Source of the DNA: an uncultured Aliarcobacter sp.
GTDB taxonomy: Bacteria > Campylobacterota > Campylobacteria > Campylobacterales > Arcobacteraceae
Assembly: GCA_965657055.1 (NCBI GenBank)
Contig: CBFHMY010000002.1
Coordinates: 274 to 64,273 of the forward strand
Direction of reading: 5' to 3'
DNA: 64,000 bases
In this document: in pieces, positions 35,659 to 44,622 of the stretch
Position numbering within the stretch: position 1 is the stretch's first letter
Layout of the letters: every line of letters starts with the position of its first letter
Notes under the pieces: model-generated
The model's database searches: none
Told to the model about the DNA's origin: nothing
The model's input: the letters and a program-made list of their open reading frames with translations, nothing else
Translations under genes and position numbers: made by a program

Positions 35659-35671
35659 ACTAAGATTTTTC

Positions 35672-36256
35672 TTAGTCGCCCCCACTTGTTGTTCTAAAAT
35701 ACCCTTGAATAGCATTATTTTTTACAACACTTGTATTTAAAGTTAAATTTAATTTCTTATTTCTTTCAAATTCGTATTTATAACCTTTTTCAAAGTTTTT
35801 TAATAAACCTTCGTATAAATCACCTTTTAAATCAACTATAAAAATCTCTTTGTTTATTTCATAAATATAAATCAAATTTAATATATAAGAATTGTCAATT
35901 TTATATACCATTAGTTCATAATGATTAAACTCTTTTTTTTCAACTAAATCCATTGATTTAGCTCTTATATCACGTTTTAATAAACCTATAAAAAAAGAAA
36001 AAGCCTGTCCATTCCAAGTAACATCTGCATCTGTATGAATATACTCAACATAAAGTTGATTTGCACTAAGAGTAAAAGCCTCTAAAACATATGGATCATG
36101 TCTAGTTTTTGTTTCAATATTTGATATGGGAAATAAATAAAAATTATCAGAATCTATTTTGAATTTTAATTGATTTTCTTCTAAGGTAAAATAGGGTCTC
36201 GATAGCTTTGAAAGTGTTTTAAAAAGTGATTTAAAAGCATTTATTATCATACCCAT
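35672..36256 (-). CDS. hypothetical protein
   Basis: 194-aa ORF, no recognisable motif. Confidence 0.45.
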   Translation of the reverse strand: MGMIINAFKSLFKTLSKLSRPYFTLEENQLKFKIDSDNFYLFPISNIETKTRHDPYVLEAFTLSANQLYVEYIHTDADVTWNGQAFSFFIGLLKRDIRAKSMDLVEKKEFNHYELMVYKIDNSYILNLIYIYEINKEIFIVDLKGDLYEGLLKNFEKGYKYEFERNKKLNLTLNTSVVKNNAIQGYFRTTSGGD

Positions 36257-36364
36257 TTTGGAACCTTTAATTTAATCTTAAGAATTATACTTTAACATAT
36301 TAAAAACTTTTATTCAAGGATTTTTTAATAAATTATTAAAAAGTTAATACTAACTTATTCTTAT

Positions 36365-37489
36365 TTAATTTTCTAAACCTAAACTTTTCTTAAAAAGCAT
36401 TAATGTTAGAATAAAAAATACACTACCAATTATAAATATAATCAACATTTTTTTCCAAATAATAGTAATTCCAGCACCTTTAAATAGTATTGCTTGAGAT
36501 AAATCTACAAAATGACTTGTTGGCATTAATTGCATAAAATCTTGTAAAAGCATAGGCATACTTTCATAGGGCGTGATACTTCCTGAAAGTAACATCAAAG
36601 GCAAAATTGTTAAAATAAATATCATTCCAAGTTGTGGCATATTCTTAACAATAGTTCCCATAAATACTCCCATTGAAGTTGTTGCAAATAAAACTAAAAA
36701 AGTACACAATAAATAAAGGGGAATAGAACCATTTAAAGGTATCTGTAAAATAGTTTCAATAACAACCAATAAACTAAAAGTAACACAAAATAAAATCACC
36801 AAACAAGTAGATAATATCTTTGAAAGCATAATTTCAAAAGCTCTTAATGGCATTACTAAAAGATGTTCAATAGTCCCATGTTCTCGTTCTCTTACTAATG
36901 CAGCACCTGAAAGTAAAATAGAAATCATTACAATATTATTTATAATTTCATTTATACTTCCAAACCACATAGTTGTAAGATTTGGATTATATTTATACCT
37001 ACTTATAATCTTAGGATTAACACTACTTTCATAACTTCCTTTTAAGAAAGTTTGAACTTCTTGATTTATAATATTTTGAATATATCCCGAACCAATTCCA
37101 GCTTGTGTCATTCTTGTAGCATCTACACTTACTAAAATATCAGGAGTCTTACCTGATATTATATCTTGTTCAAAACTAGAAGGAATTAATACAATAAAAG
37201 AGTAATATCCAGAATCCATTTTTTCATCAACTTCATCATAAGAAATCATATCTGGTGTATTAAATCTTGGTTTATAAAAAGCATCTACTATTCTACTTGA
37301 AAGTGTTGATTTATCACTATCAACAAATGCTATTGAAGCATTATGCAGTTCCGTTGAAGTCTGCGTTCCACCTATGTAAATTGCAAATGAAAAAGAATAA
37401 ATCACCAATAAAACCATAACTTTGTCATAAAAAAGTGTTTTTAACTCTTTTATACTTAAATTATAAATATTTAAAATAGTTCTTATCAT
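36365..37489 (-). CDS. ABC-2 type transporter permease (YhhJ-like)
   Basis: 374 aa: N-terminal TM, large periplasmic loop and 5 C-terminal TM helices (ABC2_membrane pattern). The start overlaps the stop of the fused ABC gene. Confidence 0.8.
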   Translation of the reverse strand: MIRTILNIYNLSIKELKTLFYDKVMVLLVIYSFSFAIYIGGTQTSTELHNASIAFVDSDKSTLSSRIVDAFYKPRFNTPDMISYDEVDEKMDSGYYSFIVLIPSSFEQDIISGKTPDILVSVDATRMTQAGIGSGYIQNIINQEVQTFLKGSYESSVNPKIISRYKYNPNLTTMWFGSINEIINNIVMISILLSGAALVREREHGTIEHLLVMPLRAFEIMLSKILSTCLVILFCVTFSLLVVIETILQIPLNGSIPLYLLCTFLVLFATTSMGVFMGTIVKNMPQLGMIFILTILPLMLLSGSITPYESMPMLLQDFMQLMPTSHFVDLSQAILFKGAGITIIWKKMLIIFIIGSVFFILTLMLFKKSLGLEN

Positions 37490-40218
37490 TATTTTTCCTG
37501 TTTTCGAAGAACTAATAAACTTAGCATTGTAATAACAATTGCAGATACACCTAAAGCAAAAAATTCAAGATGTAAGTCAGAAAAAGACACATTTTTACTA
37601 AAAAGACCTCTACTTACATTTATAAAATATGTTACAGGGAAGAAATCACCAATAATCTTTCCTATTCCTTCCAAAGAACTAACAGGATCTTTTAGTCCAG
37701 CAAATTGAACTGTAGGCAAAAGGGTAAAAATTGCTGTTCCTGCAAGTGCTGCTATTTGAGTCTTTGCAAAAGATGACATTAAAAGTCCAATTCCTGTTGT
37801 ACAAATAATATAAAGAAATGCTGCAAGACTCAAAGTAAAGAAATTTCCTTTTAAAGGTACTCCAAATATAAAAATAGCAAAAAGAACAAGTGCAAAAAAG
37901 CTAATTAAACTAACAAATATATAAGGCAATTGTTTACCCAATAAAAATTCTAATTTAGTAACAGGTGTTGCATAAAAATTGGTAATTGACCCCAACTCTT
38001 TTTCCCTTACTACACTTAATGCCATTAAAATAGCTGGAATAAAAATCAAAAGCATTGGGATTACTGCTGGAACTATTGAATAAATACTTTTAAAATCTTG
38101 GTTATATCTATATCTTAAAAGAATATTTAAATCTGATTTTATATTAATCCCAAAATTCTCTTTATAAAAATTTTCTATATAATTATAGTGCAGTCCTTGA
38201 ACATATCCATGAATAGTTTCTGCTCGAAAAGGAAAACTGCCATCTATCCAAACAGCTATCTCTTCACTATAACCTTTTGTAAGATTTACTCCGAAATTTG
38301 GGGGAATTACAAAGGCTAAACTAATATCTCCTTTTTTCATTCTTTCATCTAATTCCTCAAAAGAGTTCAAAGGTTCTTTTTCTAAAAAATAGCGTGAGCC
38401 TGAAACATTTTCAATATAATTTCTACTTAAAGGAGTTTTATCTTGATCTAAAACTGCAAATTTCAAATCTTCAACATCTAAACTTATTCCATATCCAATA
38501 ACAAACATTAAAATCACTGTTCCAAGTAAAGCAAAGGTAAGTCTAACTTTGTCCCTAAATAATTCTAATGATTCACGATAACTATATCCGAAAATTCTCA
38601 AAAAACTAAAAGAACTAATACTTTTATTTTCTTGGGATTTTTTTTCAAATATTATTTCTTCTTCTATTTCTTTATTTGAAGTTTTATCCAAAGCCTCTTC
38701 CAAATAAGAGATAAAAGCTTCTTCTAAATTATCTTTATTTCTTAATTTTACAAGCTGATCTGGACTATTGGTTATCAGAACTTCACCTTGATGCATTAAA
38801 GAGATTCTATCGCAGCGTGCACCTTCATTCATAAAATGAGTAGAGATAAAAATAGTAACATTTTCATTTCTTGATAAATCTATCAATAATTCCCAGAAAT
38901 TATCTCTAGAAATGGGATCAACTCCAGAAGTGGGCTCATCTAAAATAAGCATCTCTGGTCTATGAATAACCGCAGTTGCCAAAGAAAGTCTTTGTTTTAT
39001 ACCTAAGGGTAACTCATTTGCTAAATTGTTTTTATACTCTTTTAAATCAAATTTTTCTAAGAGATAATTTATTCTTTCTTCTTTATTCTCTTTTATATGA
39101 AAAAGTTTTGCATGTAAATCTAGATTTTCTAAAATAGTTAATTCATTGTATAAAGAGAAACCTTGTGTCATATATCCAACTTTTTCTCTAATCTTCAAAG
39201 AGTTTTCTTTCAACTTTTCACCAAAAAGTTTTGCATCTCCACTACTTGGAGTAAGTAATCCTGTAAGCATTTTCATAGTTGTAGTTTTACCACAACCATT
39301 TGAACCTAAAAAACCAAAAATCTCTCCTTGTTTAATTTTTAAATTAACATTATTAACAGCTGTAAAATCTCCAAATTTTATAGTTAAATTTTCAGCTTCA
39401 ATGGCATATAAAGTTTGCGAATTATCTTTGGGAGGAACAATTAATTTTTTATGTCCAATTTTTTTATCTTGTGGTAAAAGTTGGATAAAAGCTTCATCAA
39501 TATTATCACATTTTGTTTTTTCTAAAAGTTCTTTTAAAGTTCCTTCCATAAGAATTTTTCCATCATCCATAGCAATTATCATATCAAAACCTGCCGCTTC
39601 TTGCATGTAAGCTGTAGTAATAAGAACACTCATATCTTGGTTTTTTTCTTTTATTTTATCTATTAGCTTCCAAAATTCTCTTCTTGATAAAGGATCAACT
39701 CCAGTTGTTGGTTCATCTAAAATAAGAATTTCAGGATCATGAATTAAAGCACAACAAAGTCCTAACTTTTGTTTCATTCCTCCTGAGAGCTTTCCAGCTG
39801 GTCTATCCTTAAATTGAAGTAAACCCGTACTTTTTAATAATTGAAAAATTCTTTCTTTTCTCTCTTTTTTATCTTGTTCAAAAAGTCTTGCAAAAAACTC
39901 TATATTTTCATAAACAGAGAGAGTCATATATAAATTTTTCCCTAAACCCTGAGGCATATAGGCAATTTTTGGGCAAATCTGTTTTCTATATTTATTATCT
40001 TTAATATCTCCATCTAAAACTGAGACATCTCCTGTCTGAATTATTTTAACCCCTGATAATATAGATAATAAAGTAGATTTTCCCACACCATCTGGTCCAA
40101 TAAATCCTATCATTTTTCCAGCTGGAACATCTAAGGTAATATTATCAAGTGCAATAACATCACCATATTTATGGGAAAGCTTATTTATTCTAGCAACAAA
40201 TTCACTCATTTCTTTCAC
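37489..40218 (-). CDS. rbbA: fused double-ATPase + ABC-2 permease protein (RbbA/YhiH-like)
   Basis: Two ABC cassettes (GPDGVGKST / LSGGMKQK / ILDEPT and GSNGCGKTT / LPLGIKQR / ILDEPT) followed by an ABC-2 membrane domain. Gene order HlyD-RbbA-YhhJ matches E. coli yhiI-rbbA-yhhJ. Confidence 0.8.
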   Translation of the reverse strand: MKEMSEFVARINKLSHKYGDVIALDNITLDVPAGKMIGFIGPDGVGKSTLLSILSGVKIIQTGDVSVLDGDIKDNKYRKQICPKIAYMPQGLGKNLYMTLSVYENIEFFARLFEQDKKERKERIFQLLKSTGLLQFKDRPAGKLSGGMKQKLGLCCALIHDPEILILDEPTTGVDPLSRREFWKLIDKIKEKNQDMSVLITTAYMQEAAGFDMIIAMDDGKILMEGTLKELLEKTKCDNIDEAFIQLLPQDKKIGHKKLIVPPKDNSQTLYAIEAENLTIKFGDFTAVNNVNLKIKQGEIFGFLGSNGCGKTTTMKMLTGLLTPSSGDAKLFGEKLKENSLKIREKVGYMTQGFSLYNELTILENLDLHAKLFHIKENKEERINYLLEKFDLKEYKNNLANELPLGIKQRLSLATAVIHRPEMLILDEPTSGVDPISRDNFWELLIDLSRNENVTIFISTHFMNEGARCDRISLMHQGEVLITNSPDQLVKLRNKDNLEEAFISYLEEALDKTSNKEIEEEIIFEKKSQENKSISSFSFLRIFGYSYRESLELFRDKVRLTFALLGTVILMFVIGYGISLDVEDLKFAVLDQDKTPLSRNYIENVSGSRYFLEKEPLNSFEELDERMKKGDISLAFVIPPNFGVNLTKGYSEEIAVWIDGSFPFRAETIHGYVQGLHYNYIENFYKENFGINIKSDLNILLRYRYNQDFKSIYSIVPAVIPMLLIFIPAILMALSVVREKELGSITNFYATPVTKLEFLLGKQLPYIFVSLISFFALVLFAIFIFGVPLKGNFFTLSLAAFLYIICTTGIGLLMSSFAKTQIAALAGTAIFTLLPTVQFAGLKDPVSSLEGIGKIIGDFFPVTYFINVSRGLFSKNVSFSDLHLEFFALGVSAIVITMLSLLVLRKQEK

Positions 40219-41197
40219 TTAATTTTTTTGGTAAATGAGTTAAATATTCTGGCCAAGTTGCATTTTTATCAAGTTTAATATAAGCAACCCCAGGAAGTCC
40301 AGTTTTTATTTTTTCAAAATATTTTTCTAAAACATTTGAATCAATTTTTACCTTAACTTTAAACATTAATTTTTCTCTTTCTGCTTTGGTTTCTATCTCT
40401 TTTGGAGTAAATTGCGCTAAAGGAGAAACAAAAGTTATATGTGCAGGAATTGCAATATTAGGTATTGCATCTAGTACTATTCTAGCTTCTGAACCAATGT
40501 CTACTAGCCCAGCTTGAGAAGTAGGAAGAAATACTGTCATATAAGTATTCATCAAGTCAAGAACAACTAAAACTTTTCCACCATTTGAAACAATTTCCCC
40601 ATTTTGGGCAATTTTATATAAAACTCTTCCTTTAACGGGAGAATAAAGTGTTGAATCTTCTATATTTACTTTTATTGTTTCTATTTGAGCTAATGTGGCA
40701 TTTATTGTTGATTGAGCGCTAATTACTTGGCTTTTAGAAGCATTTAATGCAGCTTGTGCAGTTTGAAGTTCTGTTTCATTTTTTTGGAATTCTGCTAGTG
40801 GAATACTTTTACTATTGTATAAAGAATATGCTCTATTGTAATTTTTTTTCACCAAAGATAATTCGCTTTGTTTTTCTTCAACTATTGCCAAGGTATAATT
40901 TTTATTCTCAATAGCTTGATTTTTATAAGCAATTGCTTCTTGCAATTTTGCATTTAATTCTTTTATATCAAGATGAGCTAAGACTTCATCTTTTTGGATT
41001 AAAGCCCCCTCTTCTACTTTTATATCTATTAATCTTCCTGATAATTTTGAAGAAATATCAACTTGAGTGGTTTCTATTCTTCCATTCCCTAGTGCAAAAC
41101 CTTCTGGTAAATTTGTTTGTTGATTAACAAATACATAAAAATATACCGCCAATGAAATTCCAACAACAAAAAGTAATATAATTAATTTTTTCAACAT
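40202..41197 (-). CDS. HlyD-family membrane fusion (periplasmic adaptor) protein
   Basis: N-terminal TM, barrel-sandwich/coiled-coil pattern (GRIETTQVDISSKLSGRL..., long alpha-hairpin, SPVKGRVL). Confidence 0.8.
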   Translation of the reverse strand: MLKKLIILLFVVGISLAVYFYVFVNQQTNLPEGFALGNGRIETTQVDISSKLSGRLIDIKVEEGALIQKDEVLAHLDIKELNAKLQEAIAYKNQAIENKNYTLAIVEEKQSELSLVKKNYNRAYSLYNSKSIPLAEFQKNETELQTAQAALNASKSQVISAQSTINATLAQIETIKVNIEDSTLYSPVKGRVLYKIAQNGEIVSNGGKVLVVLDLMNTYMTVFLPTSQAGLVDIGSEARIVLDAIPNIAIPAHITFVSPLAQFTPKEIETKAEREKLMFKVKVKIDSNVLEKYFEKIKTGLPGVAYIKLDKNATWPEYLTHLPKKLSERNE

Positions 41198-41206
41198 TCT
41201 ATTCTC

Positions 41207-41803
41207 CTAATTTTCGCATAAAGCATCTAACAAGATATTTGAAATAAACTCTTCAATATAAGATAATATTTTATTATCATTTTTATCCAAACTTTTAATA
41301 TTATTTAATTCCAAAGGTGTCTTTTGCATAGAATAGTAAGTAAAAATTGTCCCAATTATCATAGCTCTTAATTCATAAAAATCAATATCTTTATATTTTT
41401 CTTTCAAATTTAACTGTAAAACAATTTTTTTCATCGAAATAAGATCTTTTTCTATTTCATTTGATATATTAGATTCTATACCTAAATCAAAATTTGCCAT
41501 TTCTCTTAGGGTAAGAGAAATAATCTTCGGGTTATCATATATTGTATTAATTAATAACTTAATATATTGTTTAAATTTTTCTTTTGGTTCTAGTGAACTA
41601 TTAACAATCTCTTCTTTTTCTTTTTCATTTAGTTTTATAAGCGAAGATATAACTTCATTATATAAACTTTTTTTATCTTTGAAGTGATAGTATATTGTTG
41701 CTTTATTAATTTTTAGTTTTTCGGCAAGATTATTCATACTTAAAGCACTATAACCTAAAGTTGCGAATTCATCTGTAGCAATTTTTAAAATATATTCTTT
41801 CAT
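41207..41803 (-). CDS. TetR/AcrR family transcriptional regulator
   Basis: N-terminal HTH ATDEFATLGYSALSMNNLAEKLKINKATIYYHFKDKKSLY. First gene of the exporter operon. Confidence 0.85.
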   Translation of the reverse strand: MKEYILKIATDEFATLGYSALSMNNLAEKLKINKATIYYHFKDKKSLYNEVISSLIKLNEKEKEEIVNSSLEPKEKFKQYIKLLINTIYDNPKIISLTLREMANFDLGIESNISNEIEKDLISMKKIVLQLNLKEKYKDIDFYELRAMIIGTIFTYYSMQKTPLELNNIKSLDKNDNKILSYIEEFISNILLDALCEN

Positions 41804-41825
41804 TATTAAATAACCTTCTATTTTA

Positions 41826-41849
41826 TTAACTAACCGTTCGGTTAATAAA
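41826..41849. promoter_or_regulatory. candidate TetR operator (imperfect palindrome, core AACCG-TT-CGGTT)
   Basis: TTAACTAACCGTTCGGTTAATAA lies 23-46 nt upstream of the tetR ATG. It is unusually GC-rich for this intergenic DNA. A TATAAT for the divergent gene lies just beyond it (41853..41858). Confidence 0.5.
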
Positions 41850-41940
41850 AGTATAATACAAAAATTATTAAAACCAATAATTTTGTTATGAAAATAAACA
41901 AAAAATTTGATACACTATTTTTTAACTATTTAGGAAAAAC

Positions 41941-42411
41941 ATGAACATTGAAAATTATTTTAAAAGAAATGAAACAATAAATAACTTAGCAAAATATGAG
42001 TTATATTATCAAGTAACATTAGGCAATTTAATCAGTCTTACAAATGCAGAAGATATGAATTATGAAATAGAATTCCAACTAGCCCTTGGATCTATTTATG
42101 AATTATTAAAAGATTTAAGAAGCCTTCAAGATGAAAGCATATCATTTGATGAAGAGCTAAAAAAACAAGCAGCAATGGATGCTGTTCAAAATTTTGCAAA
42201 TGAAAACCTTGAGTTATTAAAAAATGGTGAAATAAAAATAGAAAAAATAGTAAATCATATAAACGATGGTATATTTTTCAATGAAGTTATGGAAGTTGTA
42301 TGTGATGAAAATCTAGAACATCAAATTGAAAAATGGGAAGAAATAATAACAAAAGATTTAGCAAAAGCAATATTAGAAAGTATTCAAGAATTAGAAAATA
42401 ATAGCAATTAA
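41941..42411 (+). CDS. hypothetical acidic protein
   Basis: 156-aa ORF, E/D-rich, no motif recognised. Confidence 0.45.
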   Translation: MNIENYFKRNETINNLAKYELYYQVTLGNLISLTNAEDMNYEIEFQLALGSIYELLKDLRSLQDESISFDEELKKQAAMDAVQNFANENLELLKNGEIKIEKIVNHINDGIFFNEVMEVVCDENLEHQIEKWEEIITKDLAKAILESIQELENNSN

Positions 42412-42451
42412 CATACTTAAATAAAAGAGTTAGTTGTTTGAAATTCAAGGT

Positions 42452-42508
42452 AAAAAGTTTTTAACTCAAGCACATACTAATTGTATGTTCAATCGTTAAA
42501 AACTTTTT
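42452..42508. terminator. long nested hairpin between convergent genes (probable bidirectional terminator)
   Basis: Perfect 14-bp arms AAAAAGTTTTTAAC / GTTAAAAACTTTTT enclose an inner 6-bp hairpin ACATAC-TAATT-GTATGT. Outer AAAAGAG / CTCTTTT arms lie at 42423 and 42535. Confidence 0.55.
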
Positions 42509-42539
42509 CTAACGCAGAAGATTTATGCAAATAGCTCTT

Positions 42540-44450
42540 TTATAGAGCTTTTGCTGTGATTCTTGAAAGTCTTTGTGCGAATGCTACAGTATCTGTAATA
42601 TCCATACCTTCACTTAATTTTGCTTGGTCTAGTAAAATCCAAGATACATCTTCGATTGTAGAATCATCTGAACAAGCATTTAATCTTTTTACGATTTCAT
42701 GGTCTGGATTAATTTCTAAAATTGGAGCAGATGCTGGCATTTCTTGTCCCATAGCTCTCATCATTTGCATCATTTGAGCCATTTGTGCATCACCTGCATC
42801 TTTCGTTACACAAGATGGAGATTCACTTAATCTTGTAGTGATTTTTACTTCTTTTACTGCATCACCTAATTTATCTTTGATTTTCTCAACGATAGATTTG
42901 AATTTTTCTTCAACTTCTTTTTTCTCTTCTTCGTTTTGCTCAACTTTTGGTGGTTCACAAGCTGTAATATCTTTAAATTCCCATTCTTTATAAGCACCCA
43001 TTGTTGGAGTAATAATCTCATCAATTTCTTTATCATCTAAGATTAAAACTTCGATTTCATTTTTCTTATAAGACTCTAATAATGGAGAACTTTTTAATAT
43101 TTTTTCATTTTCACCAACGATATAATAAATAGCTTTTTGCTCAGAATCAGCTCTATCTTTATAAGCTTCTAATGAAGTCATCTTACCAGCTTCTGTTTTT
43201 GTTGATTTATATCTTAATAGTTCTAAGATAGCTTCTTTGTTTGTATAGTCTTGGTAAACACCCTCTTTTAAAGGTCTGATATATTGAGCTATAAACTCAG
43301 CATATTTTTCTTCATCTTTAGAAAGTTTTTTGATTTCTGAAAGTATTTTTTTAACAGATGATTGTTTGATATTTGCTAAAACTCTATTTTCTTGTAAAAT
43401 TTCTCTACTTACGTTTAATGGTAAATCTTCAGAATCAATAATACCTCTTACGAATCTTAAGTAAGTTGGTAATAATTCTTTTTCAGAATCTGTAATAAAT
43501 ACTCTTTTAACATAAAGTTTAACACCTGGTTGGAAATCAGCTCTATACATATCCATAGGTGCAGTTTTTGGAATATAAAATAGTGTTGTATATTCATTTA
43601 CACCTTCTGCTTTTGTATGAATTGTAAGCATAGGATCTGTTGAATCATGAGAAATTGATTTATAAAAATCATTATACTCTTGCTCTTTTAATTTAGCTTT
43701 TGGTTGCATCCATAAAGCAGTTGCTTCATTGATTTTTTCTCTTTTATCTTCAATTGATTTTTTTGCTTCTTTTCCAGCTTTTTTATCTTCTTCACTTAAA
43801 GTTTCACTTACTTCTTCTTTATAGTTTAAGAAAATTGGGTATGCAATATGATTTGAATATTTTTCAACAATGTTTTTAATTCTATGTTTACTTGCAAATT
43901 CACTTGCTTCTTCATCTTTTAATTTAATATAAATAACTGTTCCTGATGATTCTTTTGTACAAGGTGATAAATCAAATTCTCCTGTTCCATCACTTGTCCA
44001 TTTGTATGCTGTTTCTTCTCCTGCTTTTTTAGAAATAACATCTACCTTGTCTGCTACCATAAATACTGAGTAAAAACCAACACCAAATTGACCAATAAGA
44101 TTTGAATCTTTTTTAGCATCACCTGTTAATGCTTCAACAAACGATTTTGTACCTGATTTTGCGATAGTTCCAATTGAAGCAATTAAATCAGCTTCATTCA
44201 TACCAATACCATTATCAATAATTGTTAATGATTTATCAGCTTCATCAAAAGTGATGTTAACTTCACCTTTCCAATCTGCATATGCATCTTTTAAATTTTC
44301 ATCTGTAAGTCTTAAATAGTTTAATTTATCGATTGCATCACTTGAATTTGATACAAGTTCTCTTATAAAAATCTCTTTGTTTGAGTATAAAGAGTGAGTC
44401 ATTAAGTGTAATAATTGTCCTACTTCTGTTTGAAATTGATGTTTTGCCAT
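42540..44450 (-). CDS. htpG: molecular chaperone HtpG (Hsp90)
   Basis: [40 protein letters not shown]..., [15 protein letters not shown]. Confidence 0.95.
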   Translation of the reverse strand: [636 protein letters not shown]

Positions 44451-44533
44451 TATAATTTCTCCTATAATTTATTTAATTTTAGAAGAGAATTTTATCAAAA
44501 CTTTATAAAAGGAAGCTAAAGTTTTTATAAAAT

Positions 44534-44560
44534 TTAGCACTTTTTATACTTGAGTGCTAA
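44534..44560. promoter_or_regulatory. CIRCE element (HrcA operator)
   Basis: TTAGCACTT-TTTATACTT-GAGTGCTAA against consensus TTAGCACTC-N9-GAGTGCTAA: one mismatch and exact 9-nt spacing. It lies 84 nt upstream of the htpG ATG and 63 nt upstream of the divergent gene. Confidence 0.85.
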
Positions 44561-44622
44561 TTTAAGTAAAAAAAAGTACAAAATAGATAAACTATCTCTT
44601 TATAAATACAAGGATTAAAACT

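Noticed and set aside
40200-40230. TCACTCATTTCTTTCACTTAATTTTTTT, superficially similar to the CTCACT-N5-CTCACT box.
   Set aside because: It lies inside the overlapping coding ends of the rbbA-like and hlyD-like genes. The hexamers differ (TCACTC / TTCACT), spacing and orientation do not match the three promoter boxes, and there is no promoter context.
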